Below are positions 1 through 10,574 of a stretch of DNA of 64,000 nucleotides, in pieces (position 1 is the first letter of the stretch; each line of letters starts with the position of its first letter). A model generated the notes under the pieces. The model was not told where the DNA came from. It made no database searches and was given only the letters and a program-made list of their open reading frames with translations. The translations under genes were made by a program, and so were the position numbers. The stretch is from Octopus vulgaris. Taxonomy: Eukaryota. The stretch is taken from positions 72,106,001 to 72,170,000 of the forward strand of contig OX597826.1 in the NCBI GenBank assembly GCA_951406725.2, read 5' to 3'.

Positions 1-839
1 CAATCTTTATATCCAACTCTATGTGGATGTATTATTACAATGCTGTAGACTGTGGTATTTACTTTGAGAGATCCTCTCATATAAACGTACAATGCTAAGA
101 GCACAAACATATGTTAAAAGCAGATGAAAACCATTTAGCATGGGCACCAGAATTGCCAGATCACATTATTTCGGCATACTGCACTTCCTCAGTGACAGAT
201 ATCTAGCTGCTGCGATATTCTCAAGGTAAATACCACAATATTGAATGTCCTATTCATACATCCCAGCTGTGTAGGATATAAAAATTGCTATTCAGTGTTA
301 ATCCTGCTCCCTTCATTAATATTTATATTTTATTTTAACAAAAATTTCAGGATAGCCATTGAATTTGAAAGGGCCTGTTCTTTTTAAATGGTCTTTGTAC
401 ATCAGTTTGCAAATGTAGTCCAGTTAGTTATTACACATCTGGGATGTTACATGCTTCGACACTTTCTCCAGTAGCAACTTGGTGTGTTCAGCTACCAGCC
501 CAGGTTCTGCTGCTCATCAGGCTGAGAAGGGCAAACTGTCAAAGTATTGACCGTTCTCTAACAGGTTTATGGTTAAGCTTGTGGCCGCGAAGACATCTAG
601 CATCCTCAGCATCCAGACTATATCTCTGTTCACTGCTATCAGAGTACAGATGGCTACTCACAAGTGCCATCTGTACTCTGTGCTACATCCCCTTCACCAC
701 CCGCTAGGGCAGTGTTTCTCAGCCTTTCCACCTTTGCGTAACCCTTAAAATAAATTACGTGTCTCAAGGAACCCCAGCACAAAAATTATTATATACAATA
801 TCTTTCTCATATTTTTTCATCGTAGTTCATGTGGTAAAT

Positions 840-907
<68 letters not shown>

Positions 908-931
908 CATATATATAGACATATATATATA

Positions 932-975
<44 letters not shown>

Positions 976-976
<1 letters not shown>

Positions 977-1575
977 ACTTGTGAAGACCTGTTGAGGCAA
1001 GTGAGGATCAGAATCGAAATCGATCAATGGAAATTGCAGATGTGTTACCAGTGCCGGTGGCATGTCGAAACTCTACTTGTGAAGACCCGTTGAGGCAAGT
1101 GAGGATCAGAATGGAAATCGATCAATGGAAATTGCAGATGTGTTACCAGTGCCGGTGGCATGTCGAAACTCTACTTGTGAAGACCCGTTGAGGCAAGTGA
1201 GGATCAGAATGGAAATTGCAGATGTGTTACCAGTGCCGGTGGCATGTAAGAGAACCTTCCGTTTCGCGACCGTTGCCGGCACCGCCCCGTTTCGTGTCCG
1301 TTGGCAGCCTCGCCTGGCCCTTGTGCCGGTGGCACATAAAAAGCACCATCCGTTCGTGGCCGTTTGCCAGCTCTGTCTGGCACCTGTGCGGGTGGCACGT
1401 AAAAAGCACCCACTACACTCACGGAGTGCTTGGCGTTAGGAAGGGCATCCAGCCGTAGAAACACTGCCAGATTTGACTGGGCCTGATGAAGCCTTCTGGC
1501 TTCACAGACCCCAGTAGAACCGTCCAACCCATGCTAGCATGGAAAACGGACGCTAAACGACGATGATGATGATGA
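976..1575 (+). mobile_element. RTE-clade LINE 3' UTR fragment ending in (GAT)n
   Basis: Near-identical to the UTR after the RTE ORF end at 56363-57226; ends CCATGCTAGCATGGAAAACGGACGCTAAACGACGATGATG. Confidence 0.85.
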
Positions 1576-1600
1576 TAATATATATATATATATATATATG

Positions 1601-1971
1601 TGGAGGCGCAATGGCCCAGTGGTTAGGGCAGCGGACTCACGGTCATGATTCCCAGACTGGGCGTTGTGAATGTTTATTGAGCGAAAACACCTAAAGCTCC
1701 ACGAGGCTCCGGCAGGGGATGGTGGTGATCCCTGCTGTACTCTTTCACCACAACTTTCTCTCACTGTTTCTGTTTCCTGTTTCTGTTGTACCTGTATTTC
1801 AAAGGGCCGGCCTTATCACTCTCTGTGTCACGCTGAATATCCCCAAGAACTGCGTTAAGGGTACACGTGTCTGTGGAGTGCTCAGCCACTTACACGTTAA
1901 TTTCACGAGCAAGCTGTTCCGTTGATCGGATCAACTGGAACCCTCGTCGCGTTAACCGACGGAGTGCTTCC
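1601..1971 (+). mobile_element. tRNA-derived SINE, family C (head GGAGGCGCAATGGCCCAGTGGTTAGGGCAGCGGACTC), tail type 1
   Basis: Pol III A-box TGGCCCAGTGG; the same head recurs at 13769 and 17707. Confidence 0.8.
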
Positions 1972-2104
1972 ATATATATATATATATATTTATATATATA
2001 CACACATACATATATGTATATATATACATACACACACACACACACATATATATATACATATATATATATGTACATAAAATATATATATATATATATATAC
2101 ATAT

Positions 2105-2165
<61 letters not shown>

Positions 2166-2227
2166 CATGGTCGTTATATTTTGGGGATAACATAATAGGT
2201 TAGATAGGATGACATCTATATGCTTTT

Positions 2228-2365
2228 CTTTTCTCCTCTAGACACAAGGCCCGAAATTTTGGGGGAGGGGACAGTTGATTAGATCGACCCCAGTATGCAA
2301 CTGGTACTTAATTTATCGACTCTGAAAGGATGAAAGGCAAAGTCGACCTCAGCAGAATTTGAATG
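2228..2365 (-). mobile_element. Nin/Deu-domain SINE fragment (family B)
   Basis: Reverse complement carries GCCTTTCATCCTTTCAGAGTCGATAAATTAAGTACCAG, the Nin/Deu-like core. Confidence 0.75.
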
Positions 2366-2978
2366 TAAAGGATGATGCCTATATTACAATAACCAATAAT
2401 ATATTGTGCATGAATAGTAATATTACAATCATGAAATTAGCATTAGTTTATCTCACACTTTCTTGTGGAACCCCTAGGAACCTTTTGCAGAACCCTAGGG
2501 TTCCGGGGAACCCTTGTTGAGAAACACTGCTCTGGGGTAACACCTTTACCATTTTGACTGCTGGGACCATTGGACAGCCTGACAAGCCTTTTCAGTTCAC
2601 AAAGTGCTGCGTGACAAGTAAAATAGCAATTTCAAAAGTGACACCCAGTATTGTGTGCACTGGAATTTTCCAGTGTTAAATTTCTCCTTTTAACTTTAAC
2701 ATCGTCCAGATACTTAATTCAAATATATTCATGTATGCATATATATGTGTTAATATTTGTTCATCTGTTATGCGATTCTGCTTTTTTTTTTTTTCCCTTT
2801 TGTTCATTCATCATCATTTGTTATCATTAACAATGACAACAACAGCTGCAAAGTGGAGCCAAAGTATGGAAATAGATATTTTATTTAGTTGAAAGTGTTG
2901 AGCGATATATGAGTTTATATTGTGAGGGGTAGACAGAGTTATCTGCTGTATACACACACATATATATATGTGTGTGTG

Positions 2979-3208
<230 letters not shown>

Positions 3209-3235
3209 TGTGTGACTTTCTCAGGCACAAGTTTG

Positions 3236-3600
3236 ACTGTGTGGTAAGAAGCTTTCTTCCCAACCACATGGTTCTGGGTTCAGTCCCTCTGCACAAGTGT
3301 CTTCTACTGTAACCTCGAGCCAACCAAAGCCTTGTGAGTGGATTTGCTACATGGAAACTGGAAACCCGTCATGTGTGTGTGTGTATATATATTTAAGCAT
3401 GTGTGCCTTTGTGTCTGTGTTTGTCCTCCCATCATCACTTGACAACTCCAATGCTGGTGTGTTCATGTCCCTGAAATCTAGCAGTTTATAGAATAAGTAC
3501 TAGGCTTACAAAGAATAAGTCCTGGGGTTAATTTCTTTGACTAAAGGTGGTGCTCCAGCATGACTACAGTCAAAATGACTGAAACATGTAAAAGAGTAAA
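3236..3600 (+). mobile_element. CORE-like tRNA SINE (family A, octopus OR-type)
   Basis: B-box GGTTCAGTCCC, internal (TG/TA)n, tail GGTGCTCCAGCATG...GAAACA.GTAAAAGAG; more than 20 copies or fragments in the window. Confidence 0.85.
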
Positions 3601-3620
3601 AAAAAAGTGTGTATATAATG

Positions 3621-3669
<49 letters not shown>

Positions 3670-3999
3670 AGCTAGAAGAGATAGCCTCTTGAGGTTAAGA
3701 AAATCGCAGTACAGTCCATTCAAACTGACAGCCATGTTGAAGTGGCTATGAATATTACTTGTTGGTACAACTACTGCGTTAATCTCTTACAAAGATTTTA
3801 GAAGTAGCATTTTTGCTTGTTGCAAAATCAGTGACCGTGTGTTGCAAGCAGAGGCGAGCTACTGCCATCTCTAGCAGTGCAGACAAGAACGAAAGGAGTC
3901 GTGATGGGAATATTCATCTCCAGCCCTGGTTTGCTATATTACTTTAAATATCATCAGAAGAGCAAGACAAGGTTGGATAAAAGATGCCTGTCGCGAAGT

Positions 4000-4270
4000 C
4001 ATCATCATCATCATTTAGCGTCCGCTTTCCATGCTAGCATGGGTTGGACGGTTCAACTGGGGTCTGGGAAGCCAGAAGGCTGTGCCAGGCCCAGTCTGAT
4101 CTGGCAGTGTTTCTACGCCTGGATGCCCTTCCTAACGCCAACCACTCTGAGTGTAGTGGGTGCTTTTTACGTGCCACCCGCACAGGTGCCAGACGGAGCT
4201 GGCAAACAGCCATAGACGGATGGTGCTTTTTACGTGCCACCGGCACGAAGGCCAGGCAAGGCTGGCAACA
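4000..4270 (-). mobile_element. RTE 3' UTR fragment nested in the preceding element
   Basis: (CAT)n followed by TTTAGCGTCCGCTTTCCATGCTAGCATGG, the reverse complement of the family tail. Confidence 0.85.
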
Positions 4271-4562
4271 GCCAGAAGTGTATACGGAAAAAGATGGAAG
4301 GATGTAAAAAGGAAGTTGGGGCTGAATGACTCTGCTTAATTTATTCATAGTAAAGGCGTACGGTGTAGCCGATGGACTTCATGGCCAAAGTGTAAAATTT
4401 TAAGTGTAAAATTTTAATTATATCTAATATAAATTGTCATATTTTTAGAATCTCATTAAACAAACTCATGAACACTATTTGTTTGTAATGTCCTGTATTG
4501 TCCCCTTTATGTATTGATATTGTATTATCATAATAAAGAATACATCTGTAGCAGTGAGGTGT

Positions 4563-4613
4563 CCACTACTGGAGAGTGGAAGAAATAGTCCGAAACCAGG
4601 ACTGGTCTACTGG
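4563..4613 (+). ncRNA. Degenerate type-I hammerhead ribozyme motif
   Basis: ccacta CTGGAGA gtgga-agaaatag-tcc GAAAC cag-ga-ctg GTC tactgg; one core substitution and imperfect stems I and II. Confidence 0.5.
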
Positions 4614-4747
4614 TCCCATCACTAGAGTGTGGTAGGGGTTCGGTCCTCTGCATCATTAACCAGCTAGAGGAGATGTCCTCTGTGGTTTAAAAAATCACAG
4701 TAGAGTCTGTTCAAATGGACAGCCATGTTAAGTGGCTATGAATATTG

Positions 4748-4785
<38 letters not shown>

Positions 4786-4991
4786 TTATGAGAGGTAATG
4801 TTGTCATTGAGACCCAAAGGTGTCAGGTAGTGCTGAATAAGTGCTATAGACAGACCATAGTTAAGTTCCAGGTTCGGTGATTTTGTGAATAAGGGGTTCA
4901 ACGTTAGTTCTATGTCAGTGTATAAGAATTTTTTGAGTAATGAGATAAAAAACCAAGGCTGAGTAGATTTTAGAACATTTATAGATAGAAG

Positions 4992-5039
4992 GTCTTACAG
5001 CAGTTTGCAGGATATTTATTATATCCCTTCATGAGAGAC
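4992..5039 (-). ncRNA. Degenerate type-I hammerhead ribozyme motif
   Basis: Reverse complement gtct CTCATGA a GGGATAT-aataa-ATATCCT gCAAAC tgct GTA agac; stems I and II intact, core mutated. Confidence 0.55.
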
Positions 5040-5433
5040 GGTGTGAAAGGATGGTTAAGTAATAGTTAATTTAGATAGGATACAAGATAGACAGTGAGGT
5101 GGAGGAAAGAAAATAGATGTGAGATATGTAGGGATATTGAATTTGTAGATCCATTTTTTAGGCAAAATGGTATACATGTAAGATTCCAATACTTTATGAG
5201 TAAAATCCAACAGTATTTAAAGTTGGCCATTCCAACACTGTTGGTCATTCCAATACTGTTGGATTTTCAATACTGTTGGGAAGAGGAGGATGAGGAGGAG
5301 GAAGAGAAGGAGGAGGAGGACGACGACGACGACGATGATGACGACAACAACAATGACAAAGATGATGACAACAGCAACAGCAACAATGATGACAATGATG
5401 CTTTACAGATTCAGTCATAATGGGAAGGAAGCA

Positions 5434-6335
5434 CATCATCATCATCATCATCTTTTATCGTCTGCTTTCCATGCTGGCATGGGTTGGACGATTTTGACTG
5501 AGGACTGGCGAACCAGATGGCTGCACCAGACTCCAATCTTTATCTGGCAGAGTTTCTACAGCTGGATGCCCTTCCTAACACCAACCATTCCGAGAGTGTA
5601 GTGGGTGCTTTTTACATGTCACAGGCACGGGGCCAGTCAGGTGGTACTGGCAATGACCTCACTCGAATCTTTTTACACATGCCACCGGCACAGGTGCCAG
5701 TAAGGCGATGCTGGTAGCGATCATGCTCAAACGGTGTCTTTTACATGCCATCAGCACGGAGACTAGATAGCCACTCTGGCAACGATCATGCTCGGATGGT
5801 GCTCTTAGCACCCTACTGGCACAGGGCACAAGTGCCAGTAAGGCGATGCTGGTAACAATCACACTCGAATGGTGCCTTTTATGTGCCACTGGCACGGAAG
5901 CCGGTTAGCCACTCTGTCAACGATCACACTTGTATGGTGCTCTTTGCACCCTGCTAGCACGGACGCCAGTCATCGATTTTGATTTGGATTTCACTTGCCT
6001 CAACAGGTCTTCGCAAGCAGAGTTTTAGTGTCCAAAGAAGGAAAAGGTACGCATAAGTGGGCTGGTTACACCCCTGGCATTGGCCACGAGATTATGGTCT
6101 CATTTGGCTTGCCGGGTCTTCTCACGCACAGCATATTTCCAAAAGTCTCGGTCACTAGTCATTTCCTTGGTGAGGCCCAAAGTTCAAAGGTCGTGCTTCA
6201 CCACTTCAACCCAGGTCTTCCTGGGTCTACCTCTTCCACAGGTTCCCTCAACCGCTGGGGTGTGACACTTTTTCACACAGCTATCCTCATCCATTCTCGC
6301 CACATGACCATACCAGCGCAGTCGTCTCTCTTGCA
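5434..6335 (-). mobile_element. RTE LINE 3' end (ORF C-terminus plus multi-subrepeat UTR)
   Basis: ERRLRWYGHVARMDEDSCVKK...GRGRPRKTW is the RTE C-terminal motif; (GAT)n tail. Confidence 0.9.
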
Positions 6336-7074
6336 CGTAACAATATTTTCTGTGCATAAATACAACATCACAACTAAACCCTTTCAGAAAAAGACCTCTA
6401 ATTTTGATAAGTGACAAACATCACTGACATCATATATTTTCTGAAACAATGCACCACATTTTATCAGGATAAATGTTAACTGTACACTGGTGTAGACAGT
6501 GTTTGCCATGTACACCACGGTGTATATTGTGGTTACTAAAGTGCAACATTTCTTGTGAGAATAATACATGACAACAGAGAGAGAATTAAGCCAAGCACTC
6601 AAGAAGTTACTCCATCAAGTGCTTGGACCTTATGTTTTTCATAGATCTAAAGTAATGCTTAAAATGGAATGGTTCTTGGATGTATGGATCAAGAATCAGA
6701 TTCAACATGCTGATAAGTATAATGGTAATTAATTTTAAAAAAGCCAAAAGTTTATATGATGAAGATTTGAAGAGAAAGGAAGATGAAACTGCTGATGTAA
6801 AATTTTTTTGTTTTTTTTCTGGTTAGCAAAAGCTGGTTTGAAAGCTTTAAGATGTACTTCAACCTGCACTACCAATACTAATACAGAGACTGCTACTAAT
6901 TTTTCTGAATAGCTGAAAAGATGATTCCTAAAGGGGGATACACACCAGAGCAGGTATAAAATGTTGATGAAGCTGCACTTTGCTTGGAATGCATGCTTGC
7001 TTCCTACAGAAATTTTATTTCTCGAGAAGAAAAATCAACACCTGGTTTAAGGCTTTTAAAAATCCTCTGAGGCT

Positions 7075-7975
7075 TCATCATCATCCTCATCATCATCATT
7101 TAACGTCTGTTTTCCATACTAGCACGGGTTGGACGGTTCGACTGGGGTCTGGGAAGCCAGGAGGCTGCACCAGGCTCCAGTCTGATCTGACAGTGTTTCT
7201 ACAGCTGGATGCCCTTCCTAACGCCAACAACTCTGTGAGTGTAGTGGGTGCTTTTTACGTGCCACCAGCGCAGGTACCAGGGGAGGCTGGCAACAGCCAC
7301 GATCAGTTGGTGCTTTTTATATGCCACCGGCACGGACGCCAGCCAAGGCAGTACTAGCATCAGCCATGTACAGGTGGTGTATTTTACGTGCCACCGACAC
7401 AGGTATCACAACTACAATTTCCATTTGATTTTTATTTGATGTTGACGTACTTGATTCAATAGGTCTCCTCAAGCACAGCAAGTCACCCTACAATCCAAGG
7501 TAAGCACAGCAGGCCGTCCCGTGATCCAAGGTACTTTGGATGGGCTGGGGCTGCTATGTGAATCTGGCGCAGGAAACAGCCATGAACTCACATTATTTGT
7601 CGGGTCTTTGCAGTCACAGCATATCTCCAGAGGTCTCAGTCTTTTGTCATTGCCTCTGTGAGACCCAACTTTCGAAGGTCATGCTTGACCACCTCATCCC
7701 ATCTCTTCCTGGATCTACCTCTACCCCAGATTCCTTCAACTGTTTGGGAGTGGCGCACTTCTTCTAGGTAGCGGAAACTATCAATTACTTCTAGTTTCTC
7801 CCCCTGGAGTGTAATGGAATCTGTTTTCTGAGTATCTGTGGTGTCTATTGCCCCTGTGTATCTGCTGCACACAAAAGCTATCTTCTCAGTTAATTTTCTT
7901 TTGATGTTGCTGCACCTCTTATGCATCCATAGCTTACACTGGGTACATCTTATGGAGTTTCTACCTACATCTTTT
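7075..7975 (-). mobile_element. Internally deleted RTE/RTEX LINE with a PHD-like finger remnant
   Basis: VGRNSIRCTQCKLWMHKRCS...FVCSR...GEKLEVIDSFRYL fused to GRGRSRKRWDEVVKHDL, followed by the family UTR. Confidence 0.85.
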
Positions 7976-8625
7976 CATATATATATATGACAGGTTTCTT
8001 TCAGTTTCCACTTAGAGGCTTTGGTCAGCCTGAGGCTATAGTAGAAGACACTTGCCTAAAGTGCCACACAGTGGGACTGAACCCAGAACCATGGTAAGCA
8101 AACTACTTACCACACAGCCACTCCTGCACCTCTTTAGAAATTACTATTTCCATGCATAAAAGTGATTGTGTTGCCTATTCATTTTTGCTGTTGTGGGTCC
8201 TGTTTCGAGGCAGTATTTGGGTTGTGAATAAAAAGTTGTAACCGAACGGAAGATTTCATAACTGGTCTATTTTCTATGACTGTTATGCCTAGCTACTTTA
8301 TGGCTGGCCTGATACCCATCACTACTACATAAAATTGTGATGGATTGGCATCACATCCAGGTGGGGAACCTATACGCCAATGAACCTGGGAAACTGGCCC
8401 TTATGAGCCAGGGATGGCTCAAGAAGGAACAAACAACAACAGCAACACTATGTAAAATACTTCATAGCCGACTTGCTCTTCATTATTGCTATGTCTGTTG
8501 TGGCTACCACTGGGATTAACACATACCTTCACTGTGTTTGCTGTTACACTTGTAACCTGGTACAGTACCAATCAGGTATTTTGACTGGCCTTGTCACTCT
8601 GGGACAAGTTGCATGCTTAGTAACC

Positions 8626-9011
8626 ACTCTTTTACTCTTTTTACTTTTTTACTTGTTTCAGTCATTTGACTATGGCCATGCTGGAGCACCGCCATTAGTC
8701 AAGCAAGTCGACCCCAGGACTTATTCTTTGTAAGCCTAGTGCTTATTCTATCGGCCTCTTTTTGCCGAACTGCTAAGTTACAGGGACATAAACACACCAG
8801 CATCAGTTGTCAAGCGATGGTGGGGGGACAAACACAGACACACACATGTATATATACATATATACGACAGGCTTCTACCATATCCATTCACAAGGCTTTG
8901 GTCGTCCCAAGTCTATAGCAGAAGACACTTACCCAAGGTGCCATGCAGTGGGACTGGACCCGGAACCATGTGGTTGGTAAGCAAGCTACTTACCACACAG
9001 CTACTCCTACC
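8626..9011 (-). mobile_element. CORE-like tRNA SINE (family A)
   Basis: Near-full-length reverse copy with (CTTTTA)n tail and CCTTGGGTAAGTGTCTT core. Confidence 0.88.
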
Positions 9012-10332
9012 ACTATTAACAATTCCAGTGGACACTTGCTATATAACTCTTTTCCACCCTTTCATTACCATATTTCTATTGATTCGATTAATTTGAAAAT
9101 TAAAGAATTTATTAAAATAACTTCGTCATTATTAAGCTAGTATTTGGAACATAAATTACAACAGAAGGTTTTTAGATTATTTTATATCAGGGAGTTTGTT
9201 CTATTGAACGAGGAGCTGTTTGAATTGGGGTCGTACCAAAAGGGTTAGGATAATTGTTAATATAGCATCAGTTAGAGTCATTATTTGGTTAAACAATTGA
9301 CGACTTGTTGGAAACAATGACCTAAACAGCAACTGAACGACTCTCAAAGAAGAAGGGAGGTAATTTTAAGAAATTAAGAAATTCTTTCAATTTTGTGAAA
9401 TTGATTCTAAATTTCTTGAAATTATCTCCCCCTTAATAACCAACCGCTTGGATTGTAGTTTCTCTCTCCAACTGAAAGGGAATTTTCAATCAATTGGGAA
9501 ATTTTTTATATAAGTCTTTTTTTTTTTTTTGTATATTTTCGTATATGCAAAGAGTGTTCGTGTAGAAAGAAAGTGAGCGGACAGGCTAGTCGAACCAGAG
9601 AAAAGAGCGTCAAAGAATTTGTATGCATGTGATAGGGTATAGATGTTTGGTTAAGCAAAACCCATTAATCCGCTACGATGACCACCACCACCACCACCAT
9701 CATCATCATTATTACTATCGTCCCACACCACCACCACCATCACCGTCACCATCACTATCTCTCCATCCACCACCACCACCACCTTCATCAATATTAAACC
9801 CCCACCACCACCACCACCACCACCACCACAATATCGATGCCGACCAATGCTATGACATCATCATTACGTCATCGCCTAAATTTGAAGCTAAAATTCCTCG
9901 CAGGACATGTGACAGTCGTATGACTAAATGGCATCACCTCTGAGCTTTGACCTGGGACACTTTTTTTACCCTTGGTCCACGTACATGCGTGTCATGTGTA
10001 GATGTCTACTTACTTATCCATCCACACATATACATCCAATCACACAAACACCCACACGATATCGCGTAGGATTATCTACACCCGTGCAACGTCTATATAC
10101 ACCCGCAATTACACAGACACCCGCCTACATACGCAAACATGTGCTTTTTCGCATTTGTTGACTCACACATAGATTGGTACACACGTGCACACACATATAA
10201 ACGTAGATACATACGTCAGTTTACACCCGTAGACTTACACACGTGTCAGTCTCATACACATACACACACACACACTGTTGTATGCATGTATCTGTTATAC
10301 ATACACACGCCTACACATACACAGATATATTA

Positions 10333-10574
10333 GGTACTACTTGAGAACAGTGGTCCCGGTGCGCGCACTCGCGTACTATCGCATCCGCGCTAGCTAGTCG
10401 CGACTAGTCTATCTTTACTTTGTGTTTTTGTGCGTTATTTACTTTGTTTGAAAAAATTATTTACTTTGTGTTTTTGTGTTTTTGCTAGGCAGTCGTTGTA
10501 GGATCGACTAGTCACGACTAGCTAGCGCGACTACGCGAGTGCGCGCACCGGGACCACTCTTCTTAAGTAGTACC
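10333..10574. mobile_element. Foldback/MITE-like element with long CpG-rich terminal inverted repeats
   Basis: GGTACTACTTGAGAACAGTGGTCCCGGTGCGCGCACTCGCGTA is matched by its reverse complement ending at 10574; arms about 75 bp; T-rich spacer. Confidence 0.75.

Larger units (their letters stand above)
710..2529. mobile_element. hAT (Charlie-like) non-autonomous DNA transposon with nested insertions
   Basis: TIRs CAGTGTTTCTCA...TGAGAAACACTG; 8-bp TSD cgctaggg/ctctgggg (6/8); subterminal GGAACCC motifs. Confidence 0.8.
3667..4750 (+). mobile_element. Direct-repeat-bounded non-coding element with a degenerate hammerhead (Penelope pLTR/retrozyme-like)
   Basis: About 93-bp imperfect direct repeats at 3667-3760 and 4659-4750; (TA)n on both sides; hammerhead-like motif at 4563-4613. 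Confidence 0.55.

Noticed and set aside
140-387. Possible plus-strand exons joined by a 125-nt GT-AG intron (226-350)
   Set aside because: It gives only a 40-aa ORF with no recognisable homology and an in-frame stop just upstream.
1204-1527. Recurrent MDGSTGV...LDALPNANHS ORFs suggesting a gene family
   Set aside because: They are antisense translations of the RTE 3' UTR repeat.
1601-1660. tRNA genes at SINE heads (also 13769, 43135, 57354)
   Set aside because: The cloverleaves are incomplete and continue into SINE bodies.
5590-5970. CRISPR-like periodic palindromic repeats with spacers
   Set aside because: The spacers are homologous to each other, the repeats are degenerate, there are no cas genes, and the array is part of a eukaryotic LINE 3' UTR.
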